In this document: piece after piece, positions 1-13,212 of the stretch
Numbering within the stretch: position 1 is the first letter of the stretch
How the letters are laid out: the number at the start of each line of letters is the position of its first letter
Assembly: GCA_963578725.1 (NCBI GenBank)
Contig: CAUZDS010000015.1
Coordinates: 10,000 to 73,999 of the forward strand
DNA: 64,000 nt
Source: Vicinamibacteria bacterium
Lineage (GTDB): Bacteria; Acidobacteriota; Vicinamibacteria; Vicinamibacterales; UBA8438
Reading direction: 5' to 3'
Program-made: the position numbers and the translations under genes
Notes under the pieces: model-generated
Database searches by the model: none
Seen by the model: the letters and a program-made list of their open reading frames with translations, nothing else
What the model was told of the DNA's origin: nothing

Positions 1-984
1 CTGCTGTGGCACCGGCGGCTGCCCACCAGGGCGGAGCTGGGAGACCTGAAGACCGAGTTTGCCAGGGACCGTCCGCTGCCGGAGCCGGTTGTGCGAATTA
101 TGAGGTCGCTCCCGCCCGGGCACACGATGGACGCCGTTCGCACCCTCGTGTCAACCCTGGCGCACCATGATCCGGATGTGGGTGACGACTCGCCAGCCGC
201 CTCGCTGCGCAAGGCGGTGCGGTTGACGGCGCAGCTCGGCACGCTGGTCGCTGCGCTGGGGCGGTTGGCCGCCGCCGGCGCGCCGATGCAACCCGACCCG
301 GTCCTTGGGCACGCCGCGAACTTCCTGTATATGCTGACCGGTGAGCGTCCGAGCGCGCTGGCCGGCCGCGCGCTCGACGTGGCGTTGATTCTCCATGCGG
401 ACCACGAGTTGAACGCCTCGACATTCGCGGCGCGTGTCTCCGCAGCGACGCTTGCGGACATGCACTCGACCATCGTGGCAGGAGTGGCGACGCTGAAGGG
501 GCCGCTACACGGCGGCGCTAACGCCGAGGTCATGAAAATGCTGACGGCGATCGGCGAGGACGCCGACGACGAGCGGGTGGTGGCTACGATTCAGGGGATG
601 TTGGCGGCCAAGCAGCGGGTGCCTGGCTTCGGGCATCGCGTGTATCGCACAGAGGATCCCCGGGCGGCCCACCTGCGTCAGATGTCGCGGGATCTGGGGC
701 GGCAGGCCGGCAACACCCGGTGGTTCGAGATTTCCCAGCGTATCGAGGCGGTGATGAAGGCCGAGAAGCAGATCGACGCCAACGTCGATTTCTATTCCGC
801 ATCGACGTATCACTCGCTTGGGATCCCGGTCGGGCTGTTCACACCGATCTTTGTCGTCAGCCGCGTCGCCGGCTGGACGGCTCACGTGCTCGAGCAATAC
901 GCGAACAACCGCCTGATTAGGCCTCGGGCAGAGTACACCGGTCAGGCGTACCCGCAGGTATTTGTACCGCTCGATGCGCGCTGA
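1..984 (+). CDS. gltA: Citrate synthase family protein (5' end outside window; 2-methylcitrate synthase not excluded)
   Basis: Frame open from base 1 (LLWHRRLPT...). Motifs [36 protein letters not shown]. Confidence 0.9.
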   Translation: MLWHRRLPTRAELGDLKTEFARDRPLPEPVVRIMRSLPPGHTMDAVRTLVSTLAHHDPDVGDDSPAASLRKAVRLTAQLGTLVAALGRLAAAGAPMQPDPVLGHAANFLYMLTGERPSALAGRALDVALILHADHELNASTFAARVSAATLADMHSTIVAGVATLKGPLHGGANAEVMKMLTAIGEDADDERVVATIQGMLAAKQRVPGFGHRVYRTEDPRAAHLRQMSRDLGRQAGNTRWFEISQRIEAVMKAEKQIDANVDFYSASTYHSLGIPVGLFTPIFVVSRVAGWTAHVLEQYANNRLIRPRAEYTGQAYPQVFVPLDAR

Positions 985-1028
985 GCCGGCGCGTACCCCC
1001 GTCGCACGTTCTGGTCCAGACACCGGTC

Positions 1029-1034
1029 TATAAT
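1029..1034 (+). promoter_or_regulatory. Putative sigma70 -10 box for lepA
   Basis: Perfect TATAAT 12 nt before the lepA ATG in a GC-rich background; no SD motif. Confidence 0.5.
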
Positions 1035-1046
1035 GGCTTTACGTTC

Positions 1047-2849
1047 ATGAACCAACGTCACATCCGCAATTTCTCCATCATTGCGCACATCGATCACGGC
1101 AAGTCGACGCTCGCGGACCGGTTTCTCGAGCTCACGGGCGCCCTGCGTCCGAGAGAGATGGAGGCTCAGGTGCTCGATTCGATGGATCTCGAGCGCGAGC
1201 GCGGTATCACGATCAAGGCCCACGCCGTTAGGTTGATCTACACCCCCGAGGACGGCGTTCCGCACATGCTCAACCTGATCGATACTCCGGGGCACGTGGA
1301 CTTCTCCTACGAGGTGACTCGCGCGCTTACGGCGTGTGAGGGGGCGCTGCTGCTGGTCGATGCATCCCAGGGCGTCGAAGCGCAGACTGTGGCCAATGCC
1401 TATCTGGCCGTGGAGCAGAACCTCGAGATTATTCCGGTCGTGAACAAGATCGATTTGCCGGGCGCGCAGCCCGAGGAGGCCACAAGACAGATCGAGGAGA
1501 TTGTCGGTCTCGATGCGGCCGACGCCATCATGGCGAGCGCGAAGGAAGGTACCGGCACCCGCACCATTCTCGATGCGGTGATTGCCCGGGTGCCGCCGCC
1601 GGCCGGTGATCGGCATGCACCGCTCAAGGCACTGATCTTCGATTCGTGGTACGACCCCTACCGCGGGGTGATCGTGCTGATCCGGGTCGTAGACGGCGTG
1701 GTCCGACCGAAGATGAAGGTTCATCTGATGGCCTGCGGTCAGGACTACGAGGTTGAGCAGGTCGGCGTGTTCTCGCCCAAGCCGCTGGTCGTGTCTGAGC
1801 TGGCGGTCGGGGAGGTCGGCTTCCTAATCGCCGGTATCAAGACGGTGAGTGATGCCCAGATCGGCGACACATTTACCGAGACGTCGCGGCCGACCGTCAC
1901 TCCCTGCGCCGGCTTTTCAGAAATGAAGCCTATGGTGTTTGCGGGATTCTACCCGGTCGAGGGGCACCAGTACGCCCAGCTTCGCGACGCTCTCGAGAAG
2001 CTGCGTTTGAACGACGCCTCGTTCTTCTTCGAGCCCGAGACCTCGGTGGCCCTCGGCTTCGGGTTCCGCTGCGGCTTTCTGGGGCTGCTGCATATGGAGA
2101 TCATCCAGGAGCGGCTGGAGCGTGAATACGACATGGATCTGGTCACCACGGCGCCGGGCGTGCTCTTCCGCGTAACCACCACCGACGGCGAGACGTTCGA
2201 GATCGACAGCCCAGCGAAGCTGCCGGACGCGGGTCGTATCACGTTGATTGAGGAGCCGGTGATCTCGGTGATGATCCTGACCCCGTCGGAGTACGTCGGG
2301 GGGATCCTTCAGCTTTGTCAAGAGAAGCGCGGAGTGCAGAAGGGGATCGAGTATCTGGCGTCGGACCGCGTCATGGTCACCTACGAGCTGCCGTTCAATG
2401 AGGTAGTGCTGGATTTCTACGATAGGCTGAAGACCCTCTCGCGTGGATACGCGTCACTCGATTACCATGTGACCGGATACTGGACGTCGCCGCTAGTCAG
2501 GCTCGATCTGCTCGTGAATGGCGAGCCAGTCGATGCGTTGTCGGTCATCGTGCACAAAGAGTCGGCCTACGCGCGGGGCCGAACGCTGGCCACCAAGCTG
2601 CGACGATTGATTCCGCGCCAGATGTTCGATGTGGCCATCCAGGCGGCGGTGGGCGGACGGATCATCGCACGCGAGTCGGTCAAGGCGCTACGCAAGAACG
2701 TCCTGGCGAAGTGTTACGGTGGTGACATCAGCCGCAAGCGAAAGCTTCTCGAGAAGCAGAAGGAAGGCAAGCGCCGGATGAAGCGGGTCGGTCAGGTTGA
2801 GATTCCTCAGGAGGCGTTTCTGGCGGTCCTGGCGGTCGACTCGGACTAG
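1047..2849 (+). CDS. lepA: Elongation factor 4 (LepA)
   Basis: [48 protein letters not shown]-terminal [21 protein letters not shown]. Confidence 0.98.
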   Translation: MNQRHIRNFSIIAHIDHGKSTLADRFLELTGALRPREMEAQVLDSMDLERERGITIKAHAVRLIYTPEDGVPHMLNLIDTPGHVDFSYEVTRALTACEGALLLVDASQGVEAQTVANAYLAVEQNLEIIPVVNKIDLPGAQPEEATRQIEEIVGLDAADAIMASAKEGTGTRTILDAVIARVPPPAGDRHAPLKALIFDSWYDPYRGVIVLIRVVDGVVRPKMKVHLMACGQDYEVEQVGVFSPKPLVVSELAVGEVGFLIAGIKTVSDAQIGDTFTETSRPTVTPCAGFSEMKPMVFAGFYPVEGHQYAQLRDALEKLRLNDASFFFEPETSVALGFGFRCGFLGLLHMEIIQERLEREYDMDLVTTAPGVLFRVTTTDGETFEIDSPAKLPDAGRITLIEEPVISVMILTPSEYVGGILQLCQEKRGVQKGIEYLASDRVMVTYELPFNEVVLDFYDRLKTLSRGYASLDYHVTGYWTSPLVRLDLLVNGEPVDALSVIVHKESAYARGRTLATKLRRLIPRQMFDVAIQAAVGGRIIARESVKALRKNVLAKCYGGDISRKRKLLEKQKEGKRRMKRVGQVEIPQEAFLAVLAVDSD

Positions 2850-2985
2850 TGAGGCGCATAGCGTTGGTTCGTCCTGACACGGTCGGCTCAGCGCTTCGCC
2901 AGGAAATCAGGAAGCGGGGATCAGGGGGATGCGGGGCAGGAGCCCTCGGAACCCGGCTCGCTGCGTGGAACGGGCAATAGGGCTC

Positions 2986-3663
2986 ATGTCATTCCGGAAG
3001 TCCACGACACGGGAGTACTTCGAGTCGATTGCCATCGCGGTGATCCTCGCGCTGTTCGTGCGGACTTGGGTGGTCCAGGCTTTCAAGATCCCGACCGGGT
3101 CGATGGAGCCGAATCTGCTGATCGGAGACCACCTGCTGGTGAACAAGTTCATCTCCGCGCCGTCGCAGACCGCCGTCGAGCGGTCACTGTTGCCGATCGG
3201 GGTGTATCAGCGTGGCGACGTCATCGTGTTCAAGTATCCGGAGGAGCCCGAGCGTGACTTCATCAAACGCGTGATCGGGTTACCAGGTGAGACGATTGAA
3301 CTGCGGCAATCCCAGGTGTTGATCGACGGCGAGCCCATAGAGGAGCTCTACCTGGACGTCGTGCGTCCGGGCGGCCACGTGCCACCCGACATCCGCGGTA
3401 CGTTTGGTCCCCTGGTCGTACCCGAAGGGCACCTGTTCATGATGGGTGATAACCGGGGTGATTCGCAGGACAGCCGGTACTGGGGACCGTTGCCGGTGGG
3501 CTACGTCAAGGGGAAGGCATTCGTGCTGTACTGGTCCTATGAGTCCGAGAGCGAGTTCTACAGCGATGTCGGTGTCGGCGCGACCCTTCGCCGGTTCGGT
3601 TCGGCGATGACGCATTTCTTTACCCGAACACGGTGGGAGCGGCTGCTGCGGCCGATACCGTGA
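2986..3663 (+). CDS. lepB: Signal peptidase I
   Basis: IPTGSMEP (catalytic Ser), GDHLLVNK, DFIKRVIGLPGE (Lys), GDNRGDSQDSR; follows lepA. Start taken at ATG 2986 (MSFRKS). Confidence 0.95.
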   Translation: MSFRKSTTREYFESIAIAVILALFVRTWVVQAFKIPTGSMEPNLLIGDHLLVNKFISAPSQTAVERSLLPIGVYQRGDVIVFKYPEEPERDFIKRVIGLPGETIELRQSQVLIDGEPIEELYLDVVRPGGHVPPDIRGTFGPLVVPEGHLFMMGDNRGDSQDSRYWGPLPVGYVKGKAFVLYWSYESESEFYSDVGVGATLRRFGSAMTHFFTRTRWERLLRPIP

Positions 3664-3744
3664 CGGGCACAGTTGCGAGTACCCGCACGTCTGGAGCCGG
3701 TAGGCAGCGGTCACTCGAGGGTTGCTCGCTCCACCCTGAAAGGC

Positions 3745-4059
3745 CTACATTTTCTTGCGGAGCCGGGCACGCAGATGCTCGACCGTTAGCCCCTCGATCA
3801 GCACACCCTTCTGCCGCGCGTGTTCGCCGCTGACGATACGGACTTCGTGTCGCGTTACGCCCAGCCGTTTCACCAGCAGCTTGATGAGGGCCTCGTTCGC
3901 CGCGCCGTCGACCGGCGCCGCGGTCACGCGAACCAGCAGTATCCCGTTCCGTACTCCAACCAGCTCGGTACGTGACGCGCGAGGGATCACCCGCACTCGT
4001 ACCCGAACGCCATCGCCGGTGGCTCGCAGCGACCGGGTCAGAGACGAGTCGTCAGGAAT
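3745..4059 (-). CDS. yggU: DUF167/YggU family protein (start uncertain: ATT 4059 or GTG 3996)
   Basis: VRVIPRASR, VRVTAAPVDGAANEAL, IVSGEHARQK; lies downstream of yggS as in many bacteria. Confidence 0.85.
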   Translation of the reverse strand: MPDDSSLTRSLRATGDGVRVRVRVIPRASRTELVGVRNGILLVRVTAAPVDGAANEALIKLLVKRLGVTRHEVRIVSGEHARQKGVLIEGLTVEHLRARLRKKM

Positions 4060-4091
4060 CGTTCTGCCTTCTACCCTTTTCGTGACGGACT

Positions 4092-4796
4092 TTACGCCGA
4101 CGGCCTGGGGCCAAACAACGCACTGCCAACCCGGACCATCGTGGCGCCCTCCTGCACCGCCACTTCGAGGTCGTGGCTCATGCCCATCGAGAGCTGGTCG
4201 AGTTGCGACCGGTCGGGTCCCGCCATGCGCAGCGCATCACGCAACAACCGCAGCCTGCGGAAGTAGGGGCGCGCGGCCTCCGGGTCCTGCGACCAGGGCG
4301 GCAGGACCATGAGGCCGCAGACCTGCACGGACCGGCAGGTGGGCGCCGCGTCGATGATGCGCCGCACTTCCGCCTCCGGCGCGCCGTGCTTGGTGACCTC
4401 GCCGGCCAAGTCGACCTGGACGAGCAGGTTCGGCGTGCGGCCGCAGTCGCCGGCCGCCCGGTCGAGCCGACGCAGCAGGTCGACGCTGTCCACCGAGTGG
4501 ATCCAGTCGAACACCACCGCCTTGCGGGCCTTGTTGGACTGCAAGTACCCGATGAGATGCCAGCTGATCCGGCATCCGGCTGTCGCTTCCCGCTTCCAGA
4601 GCGCCTCCTGGACCCTGTTTTCCCCGAAGTCACGCAACCCCGCGGCCACTGCCGCCTCGACGTGCTCGAGGCCGAACGTCTTCGAGACGGCGATCAGGCG
4701 CACGTCGGATGCCTCGCGCCCGGCCGAGGCGGCAGCGGCGGAAATCCTGGCGTTGACCCTGTTCAGGTTTGCCGTGATCCGGTGTGCCAGCTCCAT
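4092..4796 (-). CDS. yggS: PLP homeostasis protein YggS/PROSC
   Basis: LIAVSK (PLP lysine), FGENRVQE, WHLIGYLQSNK, LSMGMSHD, GATMVRVGSALFG. Confidence 0.96.
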   Translation of the reverse strand: MELAHRITANLNRVNARISAAAASAGREASDVRLIAVSKTFGLEHVEAAVAAGLRDFGENRVQEALWKREATAGCRISWHLIGYLQSNKARKAVVFDWIHSVDSVDLLRRLDRAAGDCGRTPNLLVQVDLAGEVTKHGAPEAEVRRIIDAAPTCRSVQVCGLMVLPPWSQDPEAARPYFRRLRLLRDALRMAGPDRSQLDQLSMGMSHDLEVAVQEGATMVRVGSALFGPRPSA

Positions 4797-4871
4797 GATG
4801 GTGTGAACCCGCTGGCGTGGGAGCGGCTCTCCGAGCGTCCGGACTTGTGGAACAACGTTCTTGTCGACCGA

Positions 4872-5951
4872 TCAGGGTTCGAGGGTAGCCAGGCGCCGTC
4901 TGGCCGCGTCGACGAGCTCGCCGTCAGACACCATTCTGAGATATCGGGACAACGCCACGACTGCCGCCTCCTGATCGCCCATCCTCTCGTGCGCCAGACC
5001 CAGCCAGTAATGGGCTTCCGCCAATGAAGAATCGGCCTCGAGGGCCTCCCTGAACTGCCTGACCGCGTCCTCCACGTTGTCGGAGTTCCAGAAGACGATC
5101 CCACGATTCAGGGTGTCCTGAGCCCGTGCGCGTCCGGCGGCGAGCGCATTGATCGCGATGCGGTTGGCTTCTCCACGGGCGGCTGCCGCTTCCTCGGTTC
5201 GGTTCTGTCGGTTGTAGATATTGGCCAGACCGTAATAGGCGGCAGCGTAGTCGGAGCGGACGCGCAAGGCGTCCCGAAAGACGGTCTCAGCCTCGGCGAA
5301 CCGGTCCAGCCTGCTATACGCCACCCCAATGTTGAAACGACAGTCGACACATGCCGGCAGGATTTTGAGCGCCGCCTCGAACTGCACGATCGCCTCCTCG
5401 AAGTCGCCAGTCCGGTTCGCCAGGACCCCGGCCTCGAAGGCCGCCGCTGCCTCGTTGCCGGGGACGTCCCGCAGCCACGCGGACGGCACCCGTCCCGCTT
5501 CGAGGACGAAGCGAATGGTCACCGAGCCCCCTGGATGGACAAGGATGCGGAAGACTTGGCCGCCGAGCTCGTTCTTGTCGGCGGTCACCGTGTACTGTCC
5601 CGGTGTCAGACCTAGTTGCTGAAAATGGCCGGACTCGTCGGTCGATGTCTCGTGTCGGCCCCCGGCGGTCGAGCGCGCCACGAGCGCCACCGTGGCCCCG
5701 GGGACCGGCTGTCCTGTACGGTTGGCGACCATGCCGGCCACCGCTCCCGTCGTTTGCGTGTGCACGCCGGCCACCGTGAGCAGCGGGAACACCGCGAGGA
5801 GGAGAAGGCGCCCTGGCAGACCGCAGCGAAAGCCTCGCGGGTCGAGGCCGTACTCCGTCTGACGGCACTCGCAGTCGCCCGGGTCGCTCCTATCCCGGAG
5901 CTGGCGAGGGCCCACCGAAGCCTTGCTGAAGGTGGATCGTACCTCGGTCAT
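4872..5951 (-). CDS. Exported protein with carboxypeptidase-regulatory-like domain and TPR repeats (true start probably downstream of 5951)
   Basis: Hydrophobic signal-like segment, GQPVPGATV...TDESGHF...GLTPGQYTVTA, then several TPR helices (AYYGLANIY, AHYWLGLA). Confidence 0.8.
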   Translation of the reverse strand: MTEVRSTFSKASVGPRQLRDRSDPGDCECRQTEYGLDPRGFRCGLPGRLLLLAVFPLLTVAGVHTQTTGAVAGMVANRTGQPVPGATVALVARSTAGGRHETSTDESGHFQQLGLTPGQYTVTADKNELGGQVFRILVHPGGSVTIRFVLEAGRVPSAWLRDVPGNEAAAAFEAGVLANRTGDFEEAIVQFEAALKILPACVDCRFNIGVAYSRLDRFAEAETVFRDALRVRSDYAAAYYGLANIYNRQNRTEEAAAARGEANRIAINALAAGRARAQDTLNRGIVFWNSDNVEDAVRQFREALEADSSLAEAHYWLGLAHERMGDQEAAVVALSRYLRMVSDGELVDAARRRLATLEP

Positions 5952-6057
5952 ATGACTGCCGGCCCTTCTCCCACGTCACACCAGCCGCGCGACGATTGGG
6001 TTTCACCAAGGACTGCCCGAGGCGTGGTGCTACGAAAGCCTACAAATCGAGTCCAGT

Positions 6058-8043
6058 CTATACCCTTTTCCGTGCCAGGAACTGCTCGATCTGGTCGATT
6101 TCCCTGACGATCGGCGTCGGTGGCAAAGAAGCCAGAAAGCGGCGGCCGTAACTCTTGGTGAGCACCCGTGGGTCCAGTATCGACAGCACCCCGCGGTCCC
6201 GCCGGTGTCTGATCAGTCGACCAATGCCCTGCAGCAGACTAAGGATGGCGAGCGGCACCTGATATTCGTCGAACGGGTTTCCACCGTGCTTCGTAATCGA
6301 CTCCATGCGTGCCGCGGTGATCGGGTCACCGGGCGCTGCGAATGGCAGCTTGTCGATGATCACGCAGCTCAGCGCATCCCCGGCGACGTCCACGCCCTGC
6401 CAGAAGCTGGAGGTGGCCAGCAGCACTGCGTTCGGTGTGACACGGAAGTCGCGGAGCAGCACCGAGCGCGGCGCGGTTCCCTGCACCAGCAGCGGGAACG
6501 GGGTCGTATGCTCGACCAGCCGGTGCACCTCGCGCAGATTAGCGTAGCTTGTGAACAGGACGAACGCGCGGCCCCGCGTCGCCTCAAGCAGGGCGCGGAC
6601 CTGCTCTGCGGCGGCCCCGGTGAAGCCGGGCGCCCGGGGCTCCGGCATCCGTCTCGGGAGATACAGCATGGTCTGCTCGGCGTAGTCGAACTCGGAGGCC
6701 AGCTGGATCTCAGCCGCGTCGTTAATCCCGAGTCGCGTCCGCTGATAATTGAACGAGCCGTCTACCGCGAGGGTCGCCGACGTCAGGATGGTGGCCGCCA
6801 TCCGGTCGAGCAGCAACTCCCGGATGATTGCCGAGACATCGATCGGTGCCGCCCGAAGGAACAGCCCACGCCCACGCGGTTCCAGGAAGTAGACGAAGTC
6901 CTCGTCATCCGCCCCCAGTACGAAGTCGACCTGCTCGCCGAGCTCGCTGGAGCGGCGCCCGAGCGATCGAACGTCCTCGGACGGGTCCGTGGCGAGCGCC
7001 ACGATCGCCTCGAGTGCTCGTAGCGTGCTGGCGAGACGTCGTCCGGTCTCCGACACCGGTTCGAGGGTCGCGCTGTCGAGGCGCGTCCGTTCACTGGCGG
7101 GCAAATGAAGCTGGACCGCGCCGAAGAAGAGCGTCGCTCGGTGGGCCACCCGGTCGAGCGAGTCCCGCAAGGCATCGGCCGTGTCCGCGTCGTGCCCGAG
7201 GTCCCGGTCGACGAACCGTCGACCGTCGCTGACCAGCCGTTCCAGTCGGTAGGTGCTCACCGAAATACCGAAATACTGGGTCGCGACATCCTCGAGCTGA
7301 TGCGCCTCGTCGATCACCGCGTACGCACAAGACGGAATCACTTCGCCGTAGGCCGACTGCCGTACGGCGGCGTCAGCGCAGAGCAGGTGATGGTTGACGA
7401 TCACGAGGTCTGACTCGGCCGCCCGCTGACGCATCCTGGTCACGAAGCAGTCCTGGTGCTGGGGACAGTCGCTGCCGATGCAGTTCTCCGATGTGGCTGA
7501 GATCTCACTCCAGAAGTGGAGATCGTCCGGCAGGTCTTCTATCTCCGTGCGGTCGCCGGTCTCGGTCTGTCGCGCCCACTCGGCGATCACCTCGGCATGC
7601 CCCTCGTCAGCTGCGGTGCGCAGGTCGTCACCCGTCCGGTAGGCGTCGAACCGGTGGAGACAGAGGTAGTTACCACGTCCCTTCATGTAGGTAGCGGTGA
7701 AATCTACCCCCAGCGCGTCCCGCAAGGCGGGGAGGTCCTTGTAGTAGATCTGATCTTGCAGCTGTTTCGTGCCGGTCGAGATGAGCACCCGCTGGTGGCT
7801 AAGTATGGCCGGCACAAGGTAGGCAAGGGTCTTGCCAATGCCGGTACCGGCCTCCGCCAGCAACACCCCGCCGATCTCGAACACCTCGGCGGCGGCGATC
7901 GCCATGTCCCGTTGGCTGTCCCGGGTCTCGAACGATGGCAGTGCGCCGGCGAGTGCGCCATCTTCGGCGAACGCCGCGCCGACCTGCCGCTGGAGCGACG
8001 CGTGGGCCTCGCCAGTGGTAGTGCGTTGCGGGGCGTTCGCCAT
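6058..8043 (-). CDS. dinG: ATP-dependent DinG/YoaA-family Fe-S helicase
   Basis: EAGTGIGKTLAYL, four Cys for an Fe-S cluster, DEAH box, LTSATL, FWQGVDV, QGIGRLIR. Confidence 0.92.
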   Translation of the reverse strand: MANAPQRTTTGEAHASLQRQVGAAFAEDGALAGALPSFETRDSQRDMAIAAAEVFEIGGVLLAEAGTGIGKTLAYLVPAILSHQRVLISTGTKQLQDQIYYKDLPALRDALGVDFTATYMKGRGNYLCLHRFDAYRTGDDLRTAADEGHAEVIAEWARQTETGDRTEIEDLPDDLHFWSEISATSENCIGSDCPQHQDCFVTRMRQRAAESDLVIVNHHLLCADAAVRQSAYGEVIPSCAYAVIDEAHQLEDVATQYFGISVSTYRLERLVSDGRRFVDRDLGHDADTADALRDSLDRVAHRATLFFGAVQLHLPASERTRLDSATLEPVSETGRRLASTLRALEAIVALATDPSEDVRSLGRRSSELGEQVDFVLGADDEDFVYFLEPRGRGLFLRAAPIDVSAIIRELLLDRMAATILTSATLAVDGSFNYQRTRLGINDAAEIQLASEFDYAEQTMLYLPRRMPEPRAPGFTGAAAEQVRALLEATRGRAFVLFTSYANLREVHRLVEHTTPFPLLVQGTAPRSVLLRDFRVTPNAVLLATSSFWQGVDVAGDALSCVIIDKLPFAAPGDPITAARMESITKHGGNPFDEYQVPLAILSLLQGIGRLIRHRRDRGVLSILDPRVLTKSYGRRFLASLPPTPIVREIDQIEQFLARKRV

Positions 8044-8223
8044 GTCGTCTGAATCGTTTCGGACGCGAGACGGCATCAAGACCCGCATCGGACGGAGCCC
8101 GTTGCGGGGCGCCCGAGCGGATGGATCAGAACGCCTGGCTCAGATCGATTCCGGCTGCGTGTATGCTTCCGCCGGCCAGCGCGGTCTTTCCCTTCCCGTC
8201 GCACCGGACCCTCTGGATACTCC

Positions 8224-9510
8224 CTACGCGGCGGTCCGATCCGGATACAGCGGGAACTTTCGGCACAGCGCTTCGACTTCCGCGCGGACCATCGCGGCCA
8301 CGCCATCGTCCTCCGGCGAGGCCAGGACGCGGGCGATGTAGTCGGCGATCAGGTCCATCTCCGGCTCGGCCATCCCTCGGGTCGTGATCGCGGGCGTGCC
8401 GATCCGGATCCCGCTGGCCACCATCGGCGGATTCTCGTCGAACGGGATCGCGTTCTTGTTCACCGTGATGAGCGCCTTGCCCAATGCCGCCTCGGCCGCT
8501 TTGCCCGTGATCCCGCGTGAGAAGACGTCGACGAGGACCAGATGGTTGTCGGTGCCACCGCTGACCAGCCGGAAGCCCGCGTTCCGCAGTCCCGATCCGA
8601 GCCGCGCCGCGTTGGCAACCGTTTGTCGCTGGTACTCGGCGAATGGCGGTTCAGCCGCCTCCTTGAGGCACACCGCCTTGGCGGCGATGACGTGCATCAG
8701 CGGGCCGCCTTGCACCCCTGGGAACAGCGCTCTGTCCAACGCCTTGGCGTGGGCCTTACGGCAGAGCACCAGGCCGCCGCGCGGGCCGCGCAGCGTCTTA
8801 TGGGTTGTGGTAGTCACGACGTCGGAGTGCTCGACCGGGTTCGGATGGACTCCGGCGGCGACCAGCCCAGCGATGTGCGCCATGTCGGTGACCATGGCCG
8901 CTCCGACCTCGTCAGCGACCGCCCGGATGCGGGCGAACTCGATTATCCGCGGATAGGCGCTTGCGCCCACCATGATCATCTTCGGGCTGTGCTCCCGCGC
9001 GAGCCGCGCCAGTTCGTCGTAATCGATCCGCTCGTCTTCCCGTCGTACGCCGTAGGGCACGATGGAATAGAGTTGTCCGGAGAAGTTCAGGGGATGTCCA
9101 TGGGTCAGATGCCCTCCGTGGGCGAGACTCATCCCGAGCACCGTGTCGCCGGGGGCGATCAGGGCGAAGTAGGCCGACATGTTCGCCTGTGCGCCCGAAT
9201 GCGGTTGCACGTTCGCGTGGTCGGCGCCGAAGAGCGCGACGGCCCGTTCGGTCGCCAGCGCCTCGGCGACGTCTACGAACTCGCAGCCGCCGTAGTAGCG
9301 GCGTCCCGGGTAGCCCTCGGCGTATTTGTTCGTGAGCACCGAGCCTGCCGCTTCGAGCACGGCGGCGCTGACGAAGTTCTCGGACGCGATCAGCTCCAGC
9401 CCAGAATTCTGGCGCGTCGTCTCGTCGCGGAGCACCCCGGCGATAGCCGGGTCGGTGGCGGCCAGCGTCCGCCGTCTGGCGTTCACCGGGCTGTCGGTGG
9501 TCGTGGCCAT
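8224..9510 (-). CDS. glyA: Serine hydroxymethyltransferase
   Basis: [38 protein letters not shown]; SD-like AGAGGA upstream. Confidence 0.98.
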   Translation of the reverse strand: MATTTDSPVNARRRTLAATDPAIAGVLRDETTRQNSGLELIASENFVSAAVLEAAGSVLTNKYAEGYPGRRYYGGCEFVDVAEALATERAVALFGADHANVQPHSGAQANMSAYFALIAPGDTVLGMSLAHGGHLTHGHPLNFSGQLYSIVPYGVRREDERIDYDELARLAREHSPKMIMVGASAYPRIIEFARIRAVADEVGAAMVTDMAHIAGLVAAGVHPNPVEHSDVVTTTTHKTLRGPRGGLVLCRKAHAKALDRALFPGVQGGPLMHVIAAKAVCLKEAAEPPFAEYQRQTVANAARLGSGLRNAGFRLVSGGTDNHLVLVDVFSRGITGKAAEAALGKALITVNKNAIPFDENPPMVASGIRIGTPAITTRGMAEPEMDLIADYIARVLASPEDDGVAAMVRAEVEALCRKFPLYPDRTAA

Positions 9511-9582
9511 GGAGTCCTCTTAGAAAATGGTTATGGATGGGTTCAGAACCGACGATCACACAAGTCTGACTGGCTGGATTCT

Positions 9583-11365
<1,783 letters not shown>

Positions 11366-11382
11366 CAGCGGGGGGACACGAC

Positions 11383-11961
11383 CTACCGCTGGGTCTGACC
11401 GGGCGGGGGCGGCACCAGTTGAATGACCGTTCTGAACCACGCGGGTTCGCCGCCCGCAAGATTCAGGTAGCCGTCCGAACCGTTCCACGTATAGTCCTTG
11501 ACCGTCACACCAGGTGGGAAGGCCATCTCGTCTTCCCTGAAGCGACCGACCTCGAACATGTGGGTGGCCGGCGCGTCGAACACGAGGTCCCCACGTTCAT
11601 CGAGGATCAGAGCGTAGTAGCGCACCATTTCCTGGAAGCTGGAGTTGGTTCCGAAGAGATAATAGCGTTGGCCGCGGCCGGCATCGTATGAGGTGATGAA
11701 CTGGGCGTTTGGGTAGATCGGCAGCCCCAGCGTCGCCTCCGTGGGTGTTACCTCTGCGCCGTCGGCCATGGTTGGCGCTAGCGTTGCCGGCGGTTCGTCC
11801 GGCGTCTCGACCGCGTTCTGGCCGGTGTCACCTGGACGGGGGAACGGACGGGGGACCGGTTGTGACTGCTGCGGCTGGGCGCCGGCCGGCCCAGCGGCCG
11901 GCAAGCCGGGCGACGCCACTACGGCGAGCAGGCCGCCAGCGAGCAGACCACGCACATCCAT
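11383..11961 (-). CDS. Hypothetical exported protein with Pro/Gln-rich linker
   Basis: ATG 11961 gives a signal-peptide-like N-terminus (MDVRGLLAGGLLAVVASPG...), a low-complexity linker and a globular-looking C-terminal domain (LGLPIYPNAQF...). CATAAT 6 nt upstream. Confidence 0.75.
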   Translation of the reverse strand: MDVRGLLAGGLLAVVASPGLPAAGPAGAQPQQSQPVPRPFPRPGDTGQNAVETPDEPPATLAPTMADGAEVTPTEATLGLPIYPNAQFITSYDAGRGQRYYLFGTNSSFQEMVRYYALILDERGDLVFDAPATHMFEVGRFREDEMAFPPGVTVKDYTWNGSDGYLNLAGGEPAWFRTVIQLVPPPPGQTQR

Positions 11962-12018
11962 GCAGTCATTATGCGGGTCGGGTCGGCGCCGTGCAACCAA
12001 TATGGCGACCCATGGATC

Positions 12019-13190
12019 ATGGACACGGTGACGCACGGCTCCTCCGAGTCGACGAGCACGCGAGACCTGCTTCGATTCTGCCAGGTCGAACAGGAGTGGG
12101 CACTCGAGACGACTATGGCGCTGGCCAGACTCGAGTCTCCGACGACCGACAAGACCGCGGTGGATCGGTGCGGCGAGGAGCTGGCGCGCCGCCTGACGGC
12201 GATCGGCGGCACGGTGACCCGGCTTCCGCAGTTGGGGGTGGGCGATCGCCTGCGGGCCGAGTTCGGCAGCGGTGCAAGTCAGGTGCTGCTCATCGGGCAC
12301 TTCGACACCGTCTGGCCGATCGGTCAGATCGATCGGACGCCGCTCGAGATCCGGGAGGGGTGTCTCTTCGGGCTCGGTGTGCTCGACATGAAGGGGGGCA
12401 TCGTACTTGGGATGCTGGCGGCTCGTGCCCTGACCAGGCCGTCCTGCCTGCTGACAGGATTGTCATGCTCTGGACGATCGATGAGGAACGTGGGAGCGGC
12501 ACGTCCCGCGCCGTGATCGAAGAGGAGGCGCGACGGAGCAGGGCCGTATTCGTGCTCGAGCCGGCGCTGGTCTGGGACGGGGTCAAGACCACGCGCAAGG
12601 GGTGCGGCGAGTCCCACCTGACGGTGCGCGGAATCGCTGCGCACGCCGGGGTCGATCCGGAAAAGGGGGCCAGCGCGGTCCACGAACTCGCGGCGCAGAT
12701 CGTCGATCTGCAGCGGGTGATGGACATGGCCCCAGGCGTGTCGATTAACGTTGGCATGATCAGCGGCGGTGCCCGACCCAACGTTGTGGCAGAAGAGGGC
12801 CACCCCACCATCGACATCGGGGTGACGACCGCGGAAGAGGCCAAGCGGGTGGCGGCACTGGTGCGCGGGCTGGTGCCCACCTTTCCCGGGACGCGGATCG
12901 AGGTAAGCGGGGGCTTAGACCGACCGCCGCTGGAACGAACCGAGGTGGTCGCCAGCCTGTATGAGCGTGCACGCGCGATCGCCGCTAGGCTAGGGCACGA
13001 CATGGCGGAGGGCGGCACCGGTGGTGGCTTAGATGGGAATTTCACTGCGGCGCTCGGTGTGGCGACCCTCGACGGGCTGGGCGCGGTTGGCGCCGGGCCG
13101 CACTCGCTCTACGAGCACATCAAGGTGGACGCGTTGCCCTGGCGGGCTGCGTTGCTGGCCGAGCTGATTGCCGAGACCGTGGCCGGCTAG
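12019..13190 (+). pseudogene. M20 family metallopeptidase (glutamate carboxypeptidase-like), frameshifted near 12433
   Basis: The N-terminal half (LESPT, GHFDTVW, DMKGG) and C-terminal half (DEERGS, HAGVDPEKG, GGLDGN, GAGPHS..EH) are in different frames. Confidence 0.8.
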
Positions 13191-13212
13191 CACCGATCGC
13201 GAGTCCAGCAGC

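Noticed and set aside
9511-9580. Glycine or ZTP riboswitch upstream of glyA
   Set aside because: The leader is only about 65 nt and lacks the conserved motifs of either class.
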